Counted from the stretch's first letter, positions 1 to 11,261 are shown. The stretch is DNA of 64,000 nt from Nitrospirota bacterium (GCA_963663225.1 OY760142.1:1152001-1216000), one strand, 5' to 3'. The notes: a model not told the origin generated them from the sequence alone. Translations and numbers: made by a program.

Positions 1-23
1 CCTTTTGTATCAATAATTTTCAT
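1..23 (-). CDS. 5' end of a gene running off the window (MKIIDTK...), product not assignable
   Basis: ATG at 23 preceded by GAGGTG; only 7 codons visible. Confidence 0.35.
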
Positions 24-212
24 GAATCTGCACCTCGTCATCTGATAGCGTTGATCGCAAGCGACAATCGGAGAAACGGCAAGGTAACGTTTCTAAACAT
101 ACCATCGTATGTTACCAGTACGGCAATTTATGAATTTGACAGGTTGTACTACACCGCTCGTTATTAGTATTACCTTATGGGCGTTGCCGTGCGGAATTTG
201 GACCGGCTAAAG

Positions 213-1265
213 CTAAAGAAACCACCCCGCGCACCGCAATCCCTCTGTCTCGTCAAACCCCATCATCAGGTTCATATTCTGAATCGCCTGCCCTGCCGCG
301 CCTTTGACGAGATTGTCGATCGCAGTAATGACAACAATCCGGTTCGTCCGGATATCTGTACAGACTCCGATATCGCAAAAATTTGAACCCCGCACGTTTC
401 GCACGTTCGGGAATTGGCCCAGGGGAAGTATTCGCACGAACGGTTCAAGCTTGTAGAACGCCTTGAAAAGCGAGTGCAGGTGTTCGGCGTCCGTGTTTTT
501 CTGAATCAAAGCATAGGCCGTTGTTAGAATACCCCGGTTCATCGGAACAAGGTGCGGGGTAAACGAAACCAGGACCTTCTTACCGGACAGTGACGAAAGC
601 TCCTGCTCAATTTCGGGCGTATGGCGGTGCGTTCCGATTTTGTACGCCATAAATCCTTCGTTTACCTCGGGATAATGATAGGTCAGCGCAGGACTGCGCC
701 CGGCTCCGGAAACACCCGATTTGGAGTCGATGATAATGCTGTGCGGGTCAATCCAGCCTTCTTTCATAAGCGGAACCAGCCCGAGAATCGCACCCGTCGG
801 ATAGCAGCCCGGATTCGCGGTGAGCGCAGATTTTTTAATTTTTTCGCGATACATCTCAGGCAAACCATACGTTGCAGTTTTAAGAAGCTCGGGATAGTGG
901 TGGTCGTGTTCGTACCACTGCTTGTATACTACGGGATCGGAAAGACGGTAGTCGGCCGAGAGGTCCACAACCTTTTTGCCGAGCTTGTGAAATCGAAATG
1001 CTGTTTCCTGCGCAGTCACATGCGGCAGCGCGAGAAAGATAAAATCCGCTTTTTTCGCGACGGCATCAGGGTCAAGCGGTTCGCAAAGAAGTTCCGTCAA
1101 ACCCGCAAGGTGCGGAAAAATTGTTGTAATGGATTTGCCTGCCGACTTTTCCGAGGTAACAGCCGTAACCGTCACCGCAGAATGCTGAAGCAGCAATCGA
1201 TACAGCTCTCCGCCTGTATATCCGCTTGATCCAATAATCGCAATTTTCAGTTTCTTCGTATTCAT
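213..1265 (-). CDS. argC: N-acetyl-gamma-glutamyl-phosphate reductase
   Basis: GSSGYTG, DLSADYRL, NPGCYPT, DNLVKGAAGQAIQNMN motifs. Confidence 0.97.
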   Translation of the reverse strand: MNTKKLKIAIIGSSGYTGGELYRLLLQHSAVTVTAVTSEKSAGKSITTIFPHLAGLTELLCEPLDPDAVAKKADFIFLALPHVTAQETAFRFHKLGKKVVDLSADYRLSDPVVYKQWYEHDHHYPELLKTATYGLPEMYREKIKKSALTANPGCYPTGAILGLVPLMKEGWIDPHSIIIDSKSGVSGAGRSPALTYHYPEVNEGFMAYKIGTHRHTPEIEQELSSLSGKKVLVSFTPHLVPMNRGILTTAYALIQKNTDAEHLHSLFKAFYKLEPFVRILPLGQFPNVRNVRGSNFCDIGVCTDIRTNRIVVITAIDNLVKGAAGQAIQNMNLMMGFDETEGLRCAGWFL

Positions 1266-1327
1266 CGTTGGTACCTGTTAACCGCAAAAAGCAGCGGGAA
1301 AAGGGTATGCGACAAGTTTCACAAAAT

Positions 1328-1361
1328 AAAAGGGGAAGGCATCTCTACCTTCCCCTTTTTT
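1328..1361. terminator. Intrinsic terminator after rpsI (bidirectional appearance)
   Basis: aaaaggggaagg...ccttcccctttt inverted repeat with A/T tails. Confidence 0.8.
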
Positions 1362-1407
1362 AAACAGGTGTGCAACACCACACAACCCAAAATAGGTATT
1401 TGATCCC

Positions 1408-1806
1408 TTATCTCTTCGAGAACTGGAACCGCGCGCGTGCGCCTTTTTGTCCATACTTTTTGCGCTCTTTCGCCCGGGGGTCACGGGTCAGCAGCCCCTC
1501 CTGACGCAGCTTGCTTCGCGACTCGGCATCCACTGCAAGCAGGGCTTTTGATATACCATGCCGGATTGCTCCCGCCTGGCCGGAATTGCCGCCGCCGAGC
1601 ACGCTGACGAGAACGTCAAATTTATCGATTGTCCCGGTAACCTCGAACGGTTGACGAATAATCATCTTGAGCACATCCCTGCCGAAATACTGATCCATGG
1701 GCCTGTCGTTGATGGTTATTTTACCGCTGCCGGGCATCATCCATACTCGGGCGATTGAGTTTTTTCTTTTCCCTGTTGCGTAATATCTGGATACTGATGC
1801 TGCCAT
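1408..1806 (-). CDS. rpsI: 30S ribosomal protein S9
   Basis: [20 protein letters not shown]...RFQFSKR C-terminus. Confidence 0.98.
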   Translation of the reverse strand: MAASVSRYYATGKRKNSIARVWMMPGSGKITINDRPMDQYFGRDVLKMIIRQPFEVTGTIDKFDVLVSVLGGGNSGQAGAIRHGISKALLAVDAESRSKLRQEGLLTRDPRAKERKKYGQKGARARFQFSKR

Positions 1807-1846
1807 GCAAGTCCTCCTAACGATTTATGCGAAGAATAATCGTTTG

Positions 1847-2278
1847 TTATTTTATGCTCAGTTCCAACGGCTGTTGCGCACTGTGGGGATGTTTTTCCCC
1901 TGAATATACCTTGAGTTTGGAAAGCATCTGCTTCCCCAGTCTGGTCTTCGGAAGCATGCCTCCAATTGCTTTTTTAATCACTTCCTCAGGATTGATCTGC
2001 ATCAATTTCCCGGCAGAGACAGACTTAAGGCCGCCTGGAAATCCTGAATGATGATAATATATTTTTTGATCACGTTTTCTGCCGGTCAAATGCACCTTGT
2101 CTGCATTTACCACAATCACAAAATCTCCGGTGTCCACATGCGTTGTATAAATTGGTTTGGTTTTGCCCTTGAGCACCGAGGCCGCAACAGTAGCCAATCT
2201 GCCCAGCGTCTTACCATTTGCATCGATAACATGCCAAGCCCTTTTTACGTCTTCTTTTTTTGCTGAATAAGTCCCCAT
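1847..2278 (-). CDS. rplM: 50S ribosomal protein L13
   Basis: WHVIDA...[24 protein letters not shown]; start taken at MGTYS. Confidence 0.97.
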   Translation of the reverse strand: MGTYSAKKEDVKRAWHVIDANGKTLGRLATVAASVLKGKTKPIYTTHVDTGDFVIVVNADKVHLTGRKRDQKIYYHHSGFPGGLKSVSAGKLMQINPEEVIKKAIGGMLPKTRLGKQMLSKLKVYSGEKHPHSAQQPLELSIK

Positions 2279-2317
2279 ATTACGATACCACCTTCTCGGC
2301 ATTTTTTAAGAAACGTG

Positions 2318-2346
2318 AATATAAACAATTTTGCTTTGTTTGTCAA
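2318..2346 (-). promoter_or_regulatory. sigma70-like promoter of rplM
   Basis: TTGACA-17 bp-TATATT on minus strand. Confidence 0.6.
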
Positions 2347-2523
2347 GCATTTTGTATAAAAAACTCTGTTGGATGCTTATAAAAGCTTGACTTTGCAACG
2401 TTATAAAGAATAAAACACATAAATATCAACTGGTTGTGTTTATTGCGTAATAACAGGTTACCATGATATGCATGTAAACGCAGGATTACGGGAAATCGTT
2501 GTAAAAAGTACCCTATATTTTTC

Positions 2524-2552
2524 TTGATATCCCGATCTAAATATGTTATTTT
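2524..2552 (+). promoter_or_regulatory. sigma70-like promoter of rpsB
   Basis: TTGATA-17 bp-TATTTT with TG extension. Confidence 0.45.
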
Positions 2553-2584
2553 ATGGGTCGCCTTTTAAGGAAAGGCAATTAACA

Positions 2585-2668
2585 ATTACACACGCGCAAG
2601 GACTCGAATACGGGGTGTCTCCTTACCGAGATCCGTCCGAGGTTGATCTGCGCGGAGGTAAAAACCAT
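2585..2668 (+). ncRNA. rpsB leader (t44 / S2 autoregulatory leader-like)
   Basis: ACACACG...GGGGTG...GCGCGGAGG pattern directly upstream of rpsB; boundaries approximate. Confidence 0.6.
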
Positions 2669-2681
2669 GAGGAGGGACACA

Positions 2682-3485
2682 ATGTCCACAATCACGATGA
2701 AGGAGCTGTTGGAAGCAGGAGTACATTTCGGCCACCAAGCAAAGCGGTGGAATCCAAAAATGAAGAAGTACATTTTTGGGGAGCGTAATGGAATCTATAT
2801 TATCGATCTCCAGAAGACACTGAAATTATTCAAAGAAGCTTATGATTTTGTTCGCAATACTGCTGCCCAGGGAAAAGACGTTCTTTTTGTCGGCACAAAA
2901 AAACAGGCGCAGGATGCAATCACCGAAGAAGCAAAACGCTGCGGTATGTATTACGTTTCCAGCCGCTGGCTCGGGGGCATGCTTACAAACTATGCAACCA
3001 TCCGCAAAAGCATTGATCGGCTCAAAAAAATCGAAAAGATGAAAGAAGACGGCACCTACGATAAGCTGACAAAAAAGGAAGTTGCAGGGCTCGAAAAGGA
3101 ACGCGCAAAACTCGAAAAAATACTTTCCGGCATTAAGACCATGCCTGAACGTCCGGCGGTAGTGTTTATCATTGATCCGCGCAAAGAAGACATTGCAGTT
3201 CACGAAGCAAACAAACTCGGCATCCCCGTAGTCGCGGTCGTAGATACAAACTGCGATCCGGATAATATAGATTACGTTATCCCCGGAAATGACGATGCAA
3301 TCCGCGCAATCCGCCTGATGGCTTCCAAAATAGCCGATGCCGTCATTGAAGGAAGGCAGGTAATTACGAAGGAAGCCGGCGAGGCAATGGAAGCTGTAAA
3401 AGCGGCCGGCAGTACGGTTCCTTCCGGGGAAGCACCGGCAGTCGCAGAAGAAATTGAAGATACAGCCGACGATGACAATACTTAA
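2682..3485 (+). CDS. rpsB: 30S ribosomal protein S2
   Basis: [32 protein letters not shown]; GGAGG before ATG 2682. Confidence 0.98.
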   Translation: MSTITMKELLEAGVHFGHQAKRWNPKMKKYIFGERNGIYIIDLQKTLKLFKEAYDFVRNTAAQGKDVLFVGTKKQAQDAITEEAKRCGMYYVSSRWLGGMLTNYATIRKSIDRLKKIEKMKEDGTYDKLTKKEVAGLEKERAKLEKILSGIKTMPERPAVVFIIDPRKEDIAVHEANKLGIPVVAVVDTNCDPDNIDYVIPGNDDAIRAIRLMASKIADAVIEGRQVITKEAGEAMEAVKAAGSTVPSGEAPAVAEEIEDTADDDNT

Positions 3486-3549
3486 AACAACGCAAACATA
3501 AAATAAACTTTTTTTTAGTTAGTTTCTTACCTTGAAAGGGGTTTTCAGC

Positions 3550-4416
3550 ATGGCAACCATAACTGCGGCTGTAGTGAAAGACCTCAGAGAAAAAACCGGC
3601 GTCGGCATGATGGAGGCAAAAAAAGCTCTCGAAGAAGCCGGCGGCGATTTTGAAAAAGCTGTCGATATTCTTCGCAAAAAAGGCCTCTCAGCTGCAGCCA
3701 AGAAAGCGGGGCGGATAGCTGCAGAGGGCATGATTGCATCCTCAGCATCGGCAGGCTCCGGCGTTATTATCGAGGTCAACAGCGAAACCGATTTCGTAGC
3801 AAAAAACGAAGAGTTCCAGAAGTTTTCGAAGGCTCTTGCCGAGCTCGTGAACAAGCATAATCCGGCTGATGTGTCCGCATTATCACAACTTACCGTTGAC
3901 GGCGAAACTGTGGAAGCACGACGCCAGACGCTCATCCAAAAAATCGGTGAAAATCTATCCATTAGACGATTTGAGCGGTATCAAACGGATGGAAAACTTT
4001 CCATCTATCTTCATGGAACGAGAATCGGCGTCATGGTGGATTTTACCGGCGGTGATGAACAGCTCGGAAAAGATGTTGCCATGCATATCGCAGCGGCAAA
4101 TCCGCTCTATCTTTCACGGGAAACTGTTCCCGGCGAGGCACTGGCCCGTGAACGTGCGATTTATGAGGCTCAAGCAAAGGAAACCGGGAAACCTGCCGCT
4201 GTTATTTCCAAAATAGTCGACGGTAAGCTCGAAAAGTTTTACGGCGATTCCTGTTTGCTGGAGCAAGTATACATTAAAGATCCGGATGGAAAACTTAAAG
4301 TCAAAAACATTCTGAAAAACGCGGTGGTCCGACGCTTTGTACGGTACCAGCTTGGCGAGGGAATCGAGAAAAAGAAAGAATCCTTTGCCGATGAAGTGGC
4401 TTCCCAACTTAAATAA
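3550..4416 (+). CDS. tsf: Elongation factor Ts
   Basis: VKDLREKTGVGMM, EVNSETDFVA, GEGIEKK. Confidence 0.98.
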   Translation: MATITAAVVKDLREKTGVGMMEAKKALEEAGGDFEKAVDILRKKGLSAAAKKAGRIAAEGMIASSASAGSGVIIEVNSETDFVAKNEEFQKFSKALAELVNKHNPADVSALSQLTVDGETVEARRQTLIQKIGENLSIRRFERYQTDGKLSIYLHGTRIGVMVDFTGGDEQLGKDVAMHIAAANPLYLSRETVPGEALARERAIYEAQAKETGKPAAVISKIVDGKLEKFYGDSCLLEQVYIKDPDGKLKVKNILKNAVVRRFVRYQLGEGIEKKKESFADEVASQLK

Positions 4417-4422
4417 TCATCC

Positions 4423-5151
4423 ATGACCCGTTCAAAATATAAACGCATATTGCTGAAACTCTCCGGCGAAGCCCTTATGGGCGAGCAAAAGTACGGTATT
4501 GACCACGCCGTGCTTGACTCAATCACGTCGGAGATAAAAGAGGTCTGCAGCCTCGGTGTCGAAGTTGCCATTGTAATCGGCGGCGGCAATATCTTCCGGG
4601 GGCTTTCGGGCGCCGCGAAAGGAATGGAGCGGGCCAGCGCGGACTATATGGGCATGCTTGCAACGGTCCTGAATGCCCTGGCACTCCAAAATGTTCTCGA
4701 AAATAAAGGTGTGGTTACGCGCGTGCAATCGGCAATAGAAATGCGGGAGCTTGCCGAAACATACATCCGCAGACGGGCCGTTCGGCATCTCGAGAAAGGA
4801 AGGGTTGTCATTTTTGCAGCGGGCACCGGTAACCCTTACTTTACCACAGACACTGCTGCTGCGTTGCGAGCGATGGAAATCGGCGCTGAAGTCATCATGA
4901 AGGCTACAAAAGTAGACGGCGTTTTCAATGCGGACCCGATGAAGGACAAAACCGCCACCCAATTTAAGCAATTGACCTATATCGATGTCCTTCAAAAAAA
5001 TCTGAAGGTCATGGATGCAACCGCAATTTCCCTGTGCATGGACAATAATCTTCCTATCATCGTTTTTAACCTGACCGTTCCTGGCAATATCAAAAAAATT
5101 GTTTCAGGGGAGGACCTCGGAACGCTGGTGACCGGGAGGAATCATGATTAA
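4423..5151 (+). CDS. pyrH: UMP kinase
   Basis: [27 protein letters not shown]. Confidence 0.98.
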   Translation: MTRSKYKRILLKLSGEALMGEQKYGIDHAVLDSITSEIKEVCSLGVEVAIVIGGGNIFRGLSGAAKGMERASADYMGMLATVLNALALQNVLENKGVVTRVQSAIEMRELAETYIRRRAVRHLEKGRVVIFAAGTGNPYFTTDTAAALRAMEIGAEVIMKATKVDGVFNADPMKDKTATQFKQLTYIDVLQKNLKVMDATAISLCMDNNLPIIVFNLTVPGNIKKIVSGEDLGTLVTGRNHD

Positions 5152-5707
5152 CGAGCAGAAAAAGAAAGCGGAAGATAAAATGAATAAGGCGCTTGATGCT
5201 CTCAGAAAAGAGTTCGCCGCCATACGCACGGGCAGGGCCTCGCTCGGTATCCTTGAGGGAATCATGGTTGACTACTACGGAGCACCGACGCCGCTCAGCC
5301 AGGTGGCAAACCTTGCCGTACCGGATCCGCGTCAGATTACTATCCAGCCGTGGGAACCCAAAATGCTCGGAGAAATCGAAAAAGCAATCCTGAAGTCCGA
5401 CGTCGGTCTGACCCCTTCAAACGACGGGAAAATCATCCGGCTGAACATTCCTCCCTTGACCGAAGAACGCCGTCAGCAAATCGTAAAACATGCAAAAAAA
5501 CTTGCAGAAGATGGACGGGTAGCAGTCCGCAATGTTCGCAGAGACATAAACGACGAGATCAAAAAGAAGGGCAAGGATAAAGATGCCCATGTATCAGAAG
5601 ATGAAACCAAGAAGCTGCAGGATGAAATACAAAAATCAACGGACAGCTATATCAAGAAAATCGACGAGTTGCTCGCGCATAAAGAGAAGGAAATCATGAC
5701 GGTTTAG
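5144..5707 (+). CDS. frr: Ribosome recycling factor
   Basis: [21 protein letters not shown]. Confidence 0.98.
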   Translation: MINEQKKKAEDKMNKALDALRKEFAAIRTGRASLGILEGIMVDYYGAPTPLSQVANLAVPDPRQITIQPWEPKMLGEIEKAILKSDVGLTPSNDGKIIRLNIPPLTEERRQQIVKHAKKLAEDGRVAVRNVRRDINDEIKKKGKDKDAHVSEDETKKLQDEIQKSTDSYIKKIDELLAHKEKEIMTV

Positions 5708-5773
5708 CAGACTTGTGCAATTGTAGCTCGTTTCAATAGTACAGTATAAAAAACTCGCCCTCCGCAATAAAAC

Positions 5774-5805
5774 AAAGCCGCTGATTTCCATGTTCAGCGG
5801 CTTTT
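5774..5805. terminator. Intrinsic terminator between convergent frr and TPR gene
   Basis: aaagccgctga...tcagcggcttt(t). Confidence 0.8.
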
Positions 5806-5872
5806 ATATTTCACAGCTCCTCTTTTATAAGCAGCGCATTGTGCTACGCTGTCAAATTATGGTCGGCTGCTG

Positions 5873-6937
5873 TTACCGGTCTTTCATTATTTTCTGATAA
5901 CATGCGGCGCTTCGAATGTTCGCGAGATCGGGATCGCTCTTGATGCGCTCCCACTTGTCATATCCGGCATCAATTGCCTTTCCAAGCCAGACACAGGATT
6001 CTTCAATGTTTTTTTTCGTCGCATAGACACACGCAAGGTTATAATACGCAGATCGTTCGTTGGGATTGAGCTCTATAGCTTTTCCATAGTCGGTAATTGC
6101 CTTATCAAGCTGCCCGGCAGTTTGGTGGGCTGCCCCGCGGTTGCTGTAAGCCTTGGCAAATTTCGGGTTAAGCTCGATGGCCTTGCTGAAGTGCAGAATA
6201 GCCTGTTCAGGCTGGCCCTTGGCCAGAGCAGCGGCACCCAGATTATTGTAACCTTCCTCGTTCTTCGGATCCAGTTCTACGACCTTTTTAAAATCGTCGA
6301 TGGCTTTGTCAAGTTTTCCCTGCAGCATGTAGGAATCTCCCCGGTTCTTGTATGCATCGACATACTGGAGATTCAGCTCAATGGCCTTGCTGAAATCGGC
6401 AATACCTTTGTCAAGTTTTCCCTGTGCTATATAGTTAATCCCCCTATAGAAGTATGCCTGAAATAATGTTGGATTAAGCTGGATCACTTTGTTATAGTCG
6501 GCAATTGCTTTTTCGAACTGATCTTGAGCCTGATAGGCAGCTCCCCGATTAAAATATGCCCGGTCATACTTCGGATTAATTTTTATTGCTTTACTGAAAT
6601 CAGCAATTCCCAGATCAGGCTTCCCTTCAAGCACATAGGTATTTCCGCGATTATTATAGGCCTCGGCATATTTTGGATTCAGCTTAATGGCCTGGTTGAA
6701 ATCGGCTATTGCCAGATCCAACTGTGCTTTCGCCTGATAAGCAAGCCCGCGGTATAAGTAGGATCGTGCCGTATTCTGCCCTTTTGCCACGCCGGCAATC
6801 TGCTGTGTGCATATTTTAATCGTTTCGTCGTGCTTTCCCTGCTGCAGTGATTCAAAACACGGGTCCGACTGAGCCCCCGCGCTCGATGCTGTTAAAAGGC
6901 CTATAGCCAGCATTGCAACCATACAATATCTTTTCAT
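5873..6937 (-). CDS. Exported tetratricopeptide-repeat protein
   Basis: Signal peptide (MKRYC...AGA), about 8 canonical 34-aa TPRs, C-terminal YYNLAC..DPDL cap; GGAGG before ATG 6937. Confidence 0.85.
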   Translation of the reverse strand: MKRYCMVAMLAIGLLTASSAGAQSDPCFESLQQGKHDETIKICTQQIAGVAKGQNTARSYLYRGLAYQAKAQLDLAIADFNQAIKLNPKYAEAYNNRGNTYVLEGKPDLGIADFSKAIKINPKYDRAYFNRGAAYQAQDQFEKAIADYNKVIQLNPTLFQAYFYRGINYIAQGKLDKGIADFSKAIELNLQYVDAYKNRGDSYMLQGKLDKAIDDFKKVVELDPKNEEGYNNLGAAALAKGQPEQAILHFSKAIELNPKFAKAYSNRGAAHQTAGQLDKAITDYGKAIELNPNERSAYYNLACVYATKKNIEESCVWLGKAIDAGYDKWERIKSDPDLANIRSAACYQKIMKDR

Positions 6938-7075
6938 GGGACCTCCTTGGAAATACATGTTCATAATAACACAGATATTTTTCAATGAGAAGAAAAAATC
7001 AGAATGAATTCCACAAAGCTCATGCTTATGAGCTCAGAAGATTTTTAACAGGAGAGAGGGTGAGTGTGCGACGGG

Positions 7076-8053
7076 CTACAACTCGGTGGATATCGGATCT
7101 GCAACAGTGCCTGATTTATTCTTTGACATGTTTTCTGTTTTCAGTTTACGGGTATTATAAAAGGTAGCGATAATCCCGCTGACAAGAATGACGGCAATGC
7201 CAGACCATCCAAGCCAACCGAGGACATCATTCCAAATCAGGATCCCCCAAATACTGGAAAAGATGATCCCTGTGTACTGCAGATTAGCGGTCACCAGCGT
7301 TTTGCCGAACCGGTACGCCCGTGTCATTGCCATCTGCGCAACGGTTGCGCTGATGCCCATTGCAAGCAGCACAATAACCCCCTTGCTGCTGTGGGCGTGC
7401 CACTCAAAAGCTTTATCGTGCGGAAAATTCCCTCCGAAGAGACTTCCCAGAAAACCTACGATCATTCCCATCGCAGATAAATAGAACACTATGCGATATT
7501 CCGGTTCCCCCAATCGTCCAAGATGCCGCACCTGGAGATATGCGATTGCGGCCACCATACCCGAAACGAGTGCAACAATGCCGCCGAACCACTGATCTGC
7601 ATGAATTGAAGGGCGCAGGAGCATGATTACACCGCCAAAACTCAGGACAATGGCGGCGGTAAGGCTCCACTCAAAACGGGCTTTCCCCAGCCACCACCCG
7701 CCGATAAACAAGATTGCGGCAATCCAGATGGGAGACATGTAATTGAGCGTCATCACGGTTGCAAGCGGCAGCTGGCCGAGCGCAAAAAACCAAAGCCACA
7801 TGGACAGGACGCCGACCAAACTGCGCCGCAGGTGGTGCCAGGGAAACGATGTTTTCAGCGTGCCGCCATGATACCGAAGGTAGGCATAGGTAAAAACAAC
7901 CCCAATGGCACCGCGGTACATCACAATCTCCGATGTCGTGTACATGTTCGACGCCAATTTAACGCACACGCTCATGATTGAAAACACAAAGGCTGCAAAC
8001 AACATCCAAAGGGATTGCAGTGGCGAATCAGCAGGATGGGACGTCTTGTGCAA
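7076..8053 (-). CDS. DMT/EamA-family transporter
   Basis: About 10 TM helices, LPLATVMTLNY and AQMAMTRAY motifs; TTG start with AAGGAG. Confidence 0.85.
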   Translation of the reverse strand: MHKTSHPADSPLQSLWMLFAAFVFSIMSVCVKLASNMYTTSEIVMYRGAIGVVFTYAYLRYHGGTLKTSFPWHHLRRSLVGVLSMWLWFFALGQLPLATVMTLNYMSPIWIAAILFIGGWWLGKARFEWSLTAAIVLSFGGVIMLLRPSIHADQWFGGIVALVSGMVAAIAYLQVRHLGRLGEPEYRIVFYLSAMGMIVGFLGSLFGGNFPHDKAFEWHAHSSKGVIVLLAMGISATVAQMAMTRAYRFGKTLVTANLQYTGIIFSSIWGILIWNDVLGWLGWSGIAVILVSGIIATFYNTRKLKTENMSKNKSGTVADPISTEL

Positions 8054-8173
8054 ACATATCTCCTTGCGATGGATTATTGCAAAACACGAAATAAGAGAGA
8101 GCTGATTTTCAGAGAAACCAGCTCTCCTGATTATACCTCATTATGTCGTGGAGATTTTCTAAAACGGCACCTT

Positions 8174-9154
8174 CTACAGCGTAATATTCAATTCCTTGAT
8201 CAGGTCCGCATAATCCTTAGATGCCCTCTTCAAGAACACCGTCCACTCTTTTGTGTTTTGATACATGATCGGCTGATAGAGGTCAGCCATGATTTTTTTG
8301 TATTCCGGATCTTCACTGACTTTCTTCAACGTCGCAGAAAGATATTGGATCACTTCCTTGGGTGTTCCGGCCGGAGCCGCGACGCCTTTCACCGAACCCC
8401 ATGTGTAGACATTGACGCCCTGTTCCTTCAGCGTCGGGATGTTCGGCAGTGCCGGATCGCGTTCAAGAAGAGCAACCCCGATAGCTTTAAACCGCCCCGC
8501 CTTGATATGCGGCATTACTTCGGAGGGATGTCCGCTTCCTACGACGAGATGTCCGCCTGCCAAAGCTGTTGAAGCTTCGGCGCCGCCGGAGAAGGGGACC
8601 GTCACAATCTTGATGTTAGCACGCTTGGCAAGCGCTTTCATGGTAATGTCCTGTGCGCCGGCGGAAACGGAAACAGCCGCGGTGATCTTGTTGCCTGCGT
8701 TTGCAAAGGCGATAAGATCCTGTATAGAGTTGATTGGCGATTTAGCGCCGACGCAGACCACGACTGAATGGATTGACGTCCTCGAAACCGGCGCGAGATC
8801 TTTGAACGGGTCATACGGCAGTTTCTGCAGGTGCGGCATGACCAGATCATGCCCGGAACCGTAGCCGAAATAAAGAGTGTAGCCGTCAGGTTTTGACCGA
8901 ACAACGTACTCGGTGCCCATAACACCGCCTGCACCTGGCTTATTAATAATGATCAACGGCTGGGAGCTGTACTTCTTCCATACTTTTTCCACAGCGCGCG
9001 CTGCGAGATCAGTGGAGCCGCCCGCAGCCATCGGGACGATCATCTGTATTGGTTTGGTCGGAAATTGCTCGGCTCCGAAACTCGCGCCGGATGTTGTCAG
9101 GGTGAAAATCATGCTTGCCGCCAATAATAAAACAAGCGTTCGCATTCGTACCAT
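8174..9154 (-). CDS. tctC: Tripartite tricarboxylate transporter substrate-binding protein
   Basis: FPTKPI.MIVP.AAGGSTD, NKPGAGG, PDGYTL; signal peptide. Confidence 0.9.
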   Translation of the reverse strand: MVRMRTLVLLLAASMIFTLTTSGASFGAEQFPTKPIQMIVPMAAGGSTDLAARAVEKVWKKYSSQPLIIINKPGAGGVMGTEYVVRSKPDGYTLYFGYGSGHDLVMPHLQKLPYDPFKDLAPVSRTSIHSVVVCVGAKSPINSIQDLIAFANAGNKITAAVSVSAGAQDITMKALAKRANIKIVTVPFSGGAEASTALAGGHLVVGSGHPSEVMPHIKAGRFKAIGVALLERDPALPNIPTLKEQGVNVYTWGSVKGVAAPAGTPKEVIQYLSATLKKVSEDPEYKKIMADLYQPIMYQNTKEWTVFLKRASKDYADLIKELNITL

Positions 9155-9230
9155 TGTGTCCTCCTTATTCGTATGGTTGTTTTCGGCCAATTGCTTATTT
9201 CTTGGTCTGAATCGACCTCCTCCTTTCCTG

Positions 9231-10745
9231 CTATCCTGTTGGCGCAGATGATTGTGGTGCTCGTATCTTTTTCATAATAACAAAAAAGATTTGTCCGATA
9301 ATTAAGAGGAATAGTACAGCCAGCAGCGTCCCGGAAACCGGGCGGGTAGCGAAAATGGTCACATCCCCTCCGGAAATCAGAAGCGACTGTCTCAGTGATC
9401 GTTCAAGAATGGGTCCGAGAACAAAAGCAAGCGGCAACGGCGCCGGGTCGAAGTTTAATTTTCGCATAAGATAGCCGACCGCCGCAAAAAATAACATCGA
9501 GTAAATATCAAAGACCTGGTTCTGGGTGCTGTAAACTCCTATTGTCGTAAAAAGAATGATAACCGGCGCCAGAATTCCATAGGGCACCCGGAGCATCTGT
9601 ACCCAGAGTCCCACCATGGGAAGATTCAGAATCAACAGCATGGCGTTTCCCACATACATCGAAGCAATGACACCCCAGAATACGTCAGGGTGCTCCGCTA
9701 CCAGAAATGGGCCCGGGGTTATTCCCTGGATCATCAGAGCTGCAAAAATCATGGCGATTGAGGCATTGCCCGGGATCCCGAGCGTAAGCAGGGGAATGAA
9801 GGAGGAGCTCGAGGCAGCATTGTTCGCGGATTCAGGTCCGGCAACCCCTTCAATGGCGCCTTTTCCAAATTCTTCCGGATGCTTCGAATATTTTTTTTCT
9901 ACAGCGTAAGAAGCAAGTGATGAAATTACCGCACCGCCGCCCGGAATAATGCCGATGAAAAATCCTAATACGGAGCCGCGAAATATCGCCCATTTTGATT
10001 GGGCCCAGTCCTTGAGCGTCGGAAATACTTTTCCGATTTTTGTGGTTACAATCTCGGTTTTAAATTTTGATTCCAGATTGTACAGTATTTCTCCAAGGCC
10101 AAAGACTCCCATTGCAAGAGTGACGAAGTCGAATCCTCCCTGCAAACCAATGCTGCCGAAGGTAAACCGGACTTTTCCCGAGATCGGATCAAGCCCTACC
10201 ATCGACAGCAGGAGTCCGAGAAAAAGGATGATCAACCCCTTTGTAATCGAACTTCCGGAGAGAGACACCGCGAGCAGGAGTCCGAGCAAGGTCATCGAAA
10301 AATATTCCGGCGGCCCGAAGGCAAGCGCAAAACCGGCGAGCGGAGGAGCAAAAAACGTAAGACCGATTACCGCGACAGTGCCGGCGATAAAGGATCCGAT
10401 TGCAGCGATGCCCAGCGCGGCACCAGCCCGCCCTTTTTTTGCCATCTGGTACCCATCAATGCACGTAACCACCGAAGCTGCCTCACCCGGAAGATTCAGC
10501 AGAATTGACGTGGTGGAGCCGCCGTACATGGATCCATAAAAGATGCCCGCCATCATGATGATTGCGGTAACCGGGGAGCCGATGATATAGGTCATGGGCA
10601 GCAAAAGCGCGATGGTGGCGGCAGGGCCCAGTCCCGGAAGTACGCCGATCGCCGTGCCGATGACCGCACCGAGGAGGCAAAACAGCACGTTCGTGCCTGT
10701 CAGGGCTATGGAAAAACCATTAATCAAACCATTGAAGATATCCAT
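9231..10745 (-). CDS. tctA: Tripartite tricarboxylate transporter large permease
   Basis: GVLPGLG, YGGSTTSIL.N.PG, GPESANNA, PLLTLGIPG. Confidence 0.95.
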   Translation of the reverse strand: MDIFNGLINGFSIALTGTNVLFCLLGAVIGTAIGVLPGLGPAATIALLLPMTYIIGSPVTAIIMMAGIFYGSMYGGSTTSILLNLPGEAASVVTCIDGYQMAKKGRAGAALGIAAIGSFIAGTVAVIGLTFFAPPLAGFALAFGPPEYFSMTLLGLLLAVSLSGSSITKGLIILFLGLLLSMVGLDPISGKVRFTFGSIGLQGGFDFVTLAMGVFGLGEILYNLESKFKTEIVTTKIGKVFPTLKDWAQSKWAIFRGSVLGFFIGIIPGGGAVISSLASYAVEKKYSKHPEEFGKGAIEGVAGPESANNAASSSSFIPLLTLGIPGNASIAMIFAALMIQGITPGPFLVAEHPDVFWGVIASMYVGNAMLLILNLPMVGLWVQMLRVPYGILAPVIILFTTIGVYSTQNQVFDIYSMLFFAAVGYLMRKLNFDPAPLPLAFVLGPILERSLRQSLLISGGDVTIFATRPVSGTLLAVLFLLIIGQIFFVIMKKIRAPQSSAPTG

Positions 10746-10758
10746 GCCGTGTTCTCCT

Positions 10759-11214
10759 TTACCGTAAAAAGAATTCCTGCGGGATGGGTACCTTCAGAAC
10801 GTAGGCGAACAGTGCATACATTGCAATGGTACCAAGAAAAGAAATAATCAGCGTCTTCCCCCATTTTTCTCGTTCAATAATTTGCTGCCACGCCATCATG
10901 AATATCAATGTCGAGGTAAGATATCCGATTGTTTCGAATGCCCAGCCATAGACCACCATGAGGAGCAGCGAGATCAGCGGCCTGTGCCAGCGACTTTTTT
11001 CCGCGGCCTCGTCCTTGGTCGCCTTGTGCGATAATTGCAGCTTAAGTGTCCAGACAACACCGAGAATTATCAGTCCTGCCCCGCATAAAAAAGGGAAAAA
11101 CCCGGCATCAGGCATAAAAATCGAGCCGAGGTTCAAGACGCGCCAGGAGTAATACATAGTCAGAGCGCCAAGCATGACAGTGATCACAGCCGCAAGCCGT
11201 TCGTATTTATTCAC
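10759..11214 (-). CDS. tctB: Tripartite tricarboxylate transporter small subunit
   Basis: 4-5 TM, P..GFFP motif, F...L.VP.P end, adjacent to tctA. Confidence 0.85.
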   Translation of the reverse strand: MNKYERLAAVITVMLGALTMYYSWRVLNLGSIFMPDAGFFPFLCGAGLIILGVVWTLKLQLSHKATKDEAAEKSRWHRPLISLLLMVVYGWAFETIGYLTSTLIFMMAWQQIIEREKWGKTLIISFLGTIAMYALFAYVLKVPIPQEFFLR

Positions 11215-11261
11215 AAAAGCGTTCCCCCTTTTCGGTGGAGCTCAACTACCTGCATGGAAAC

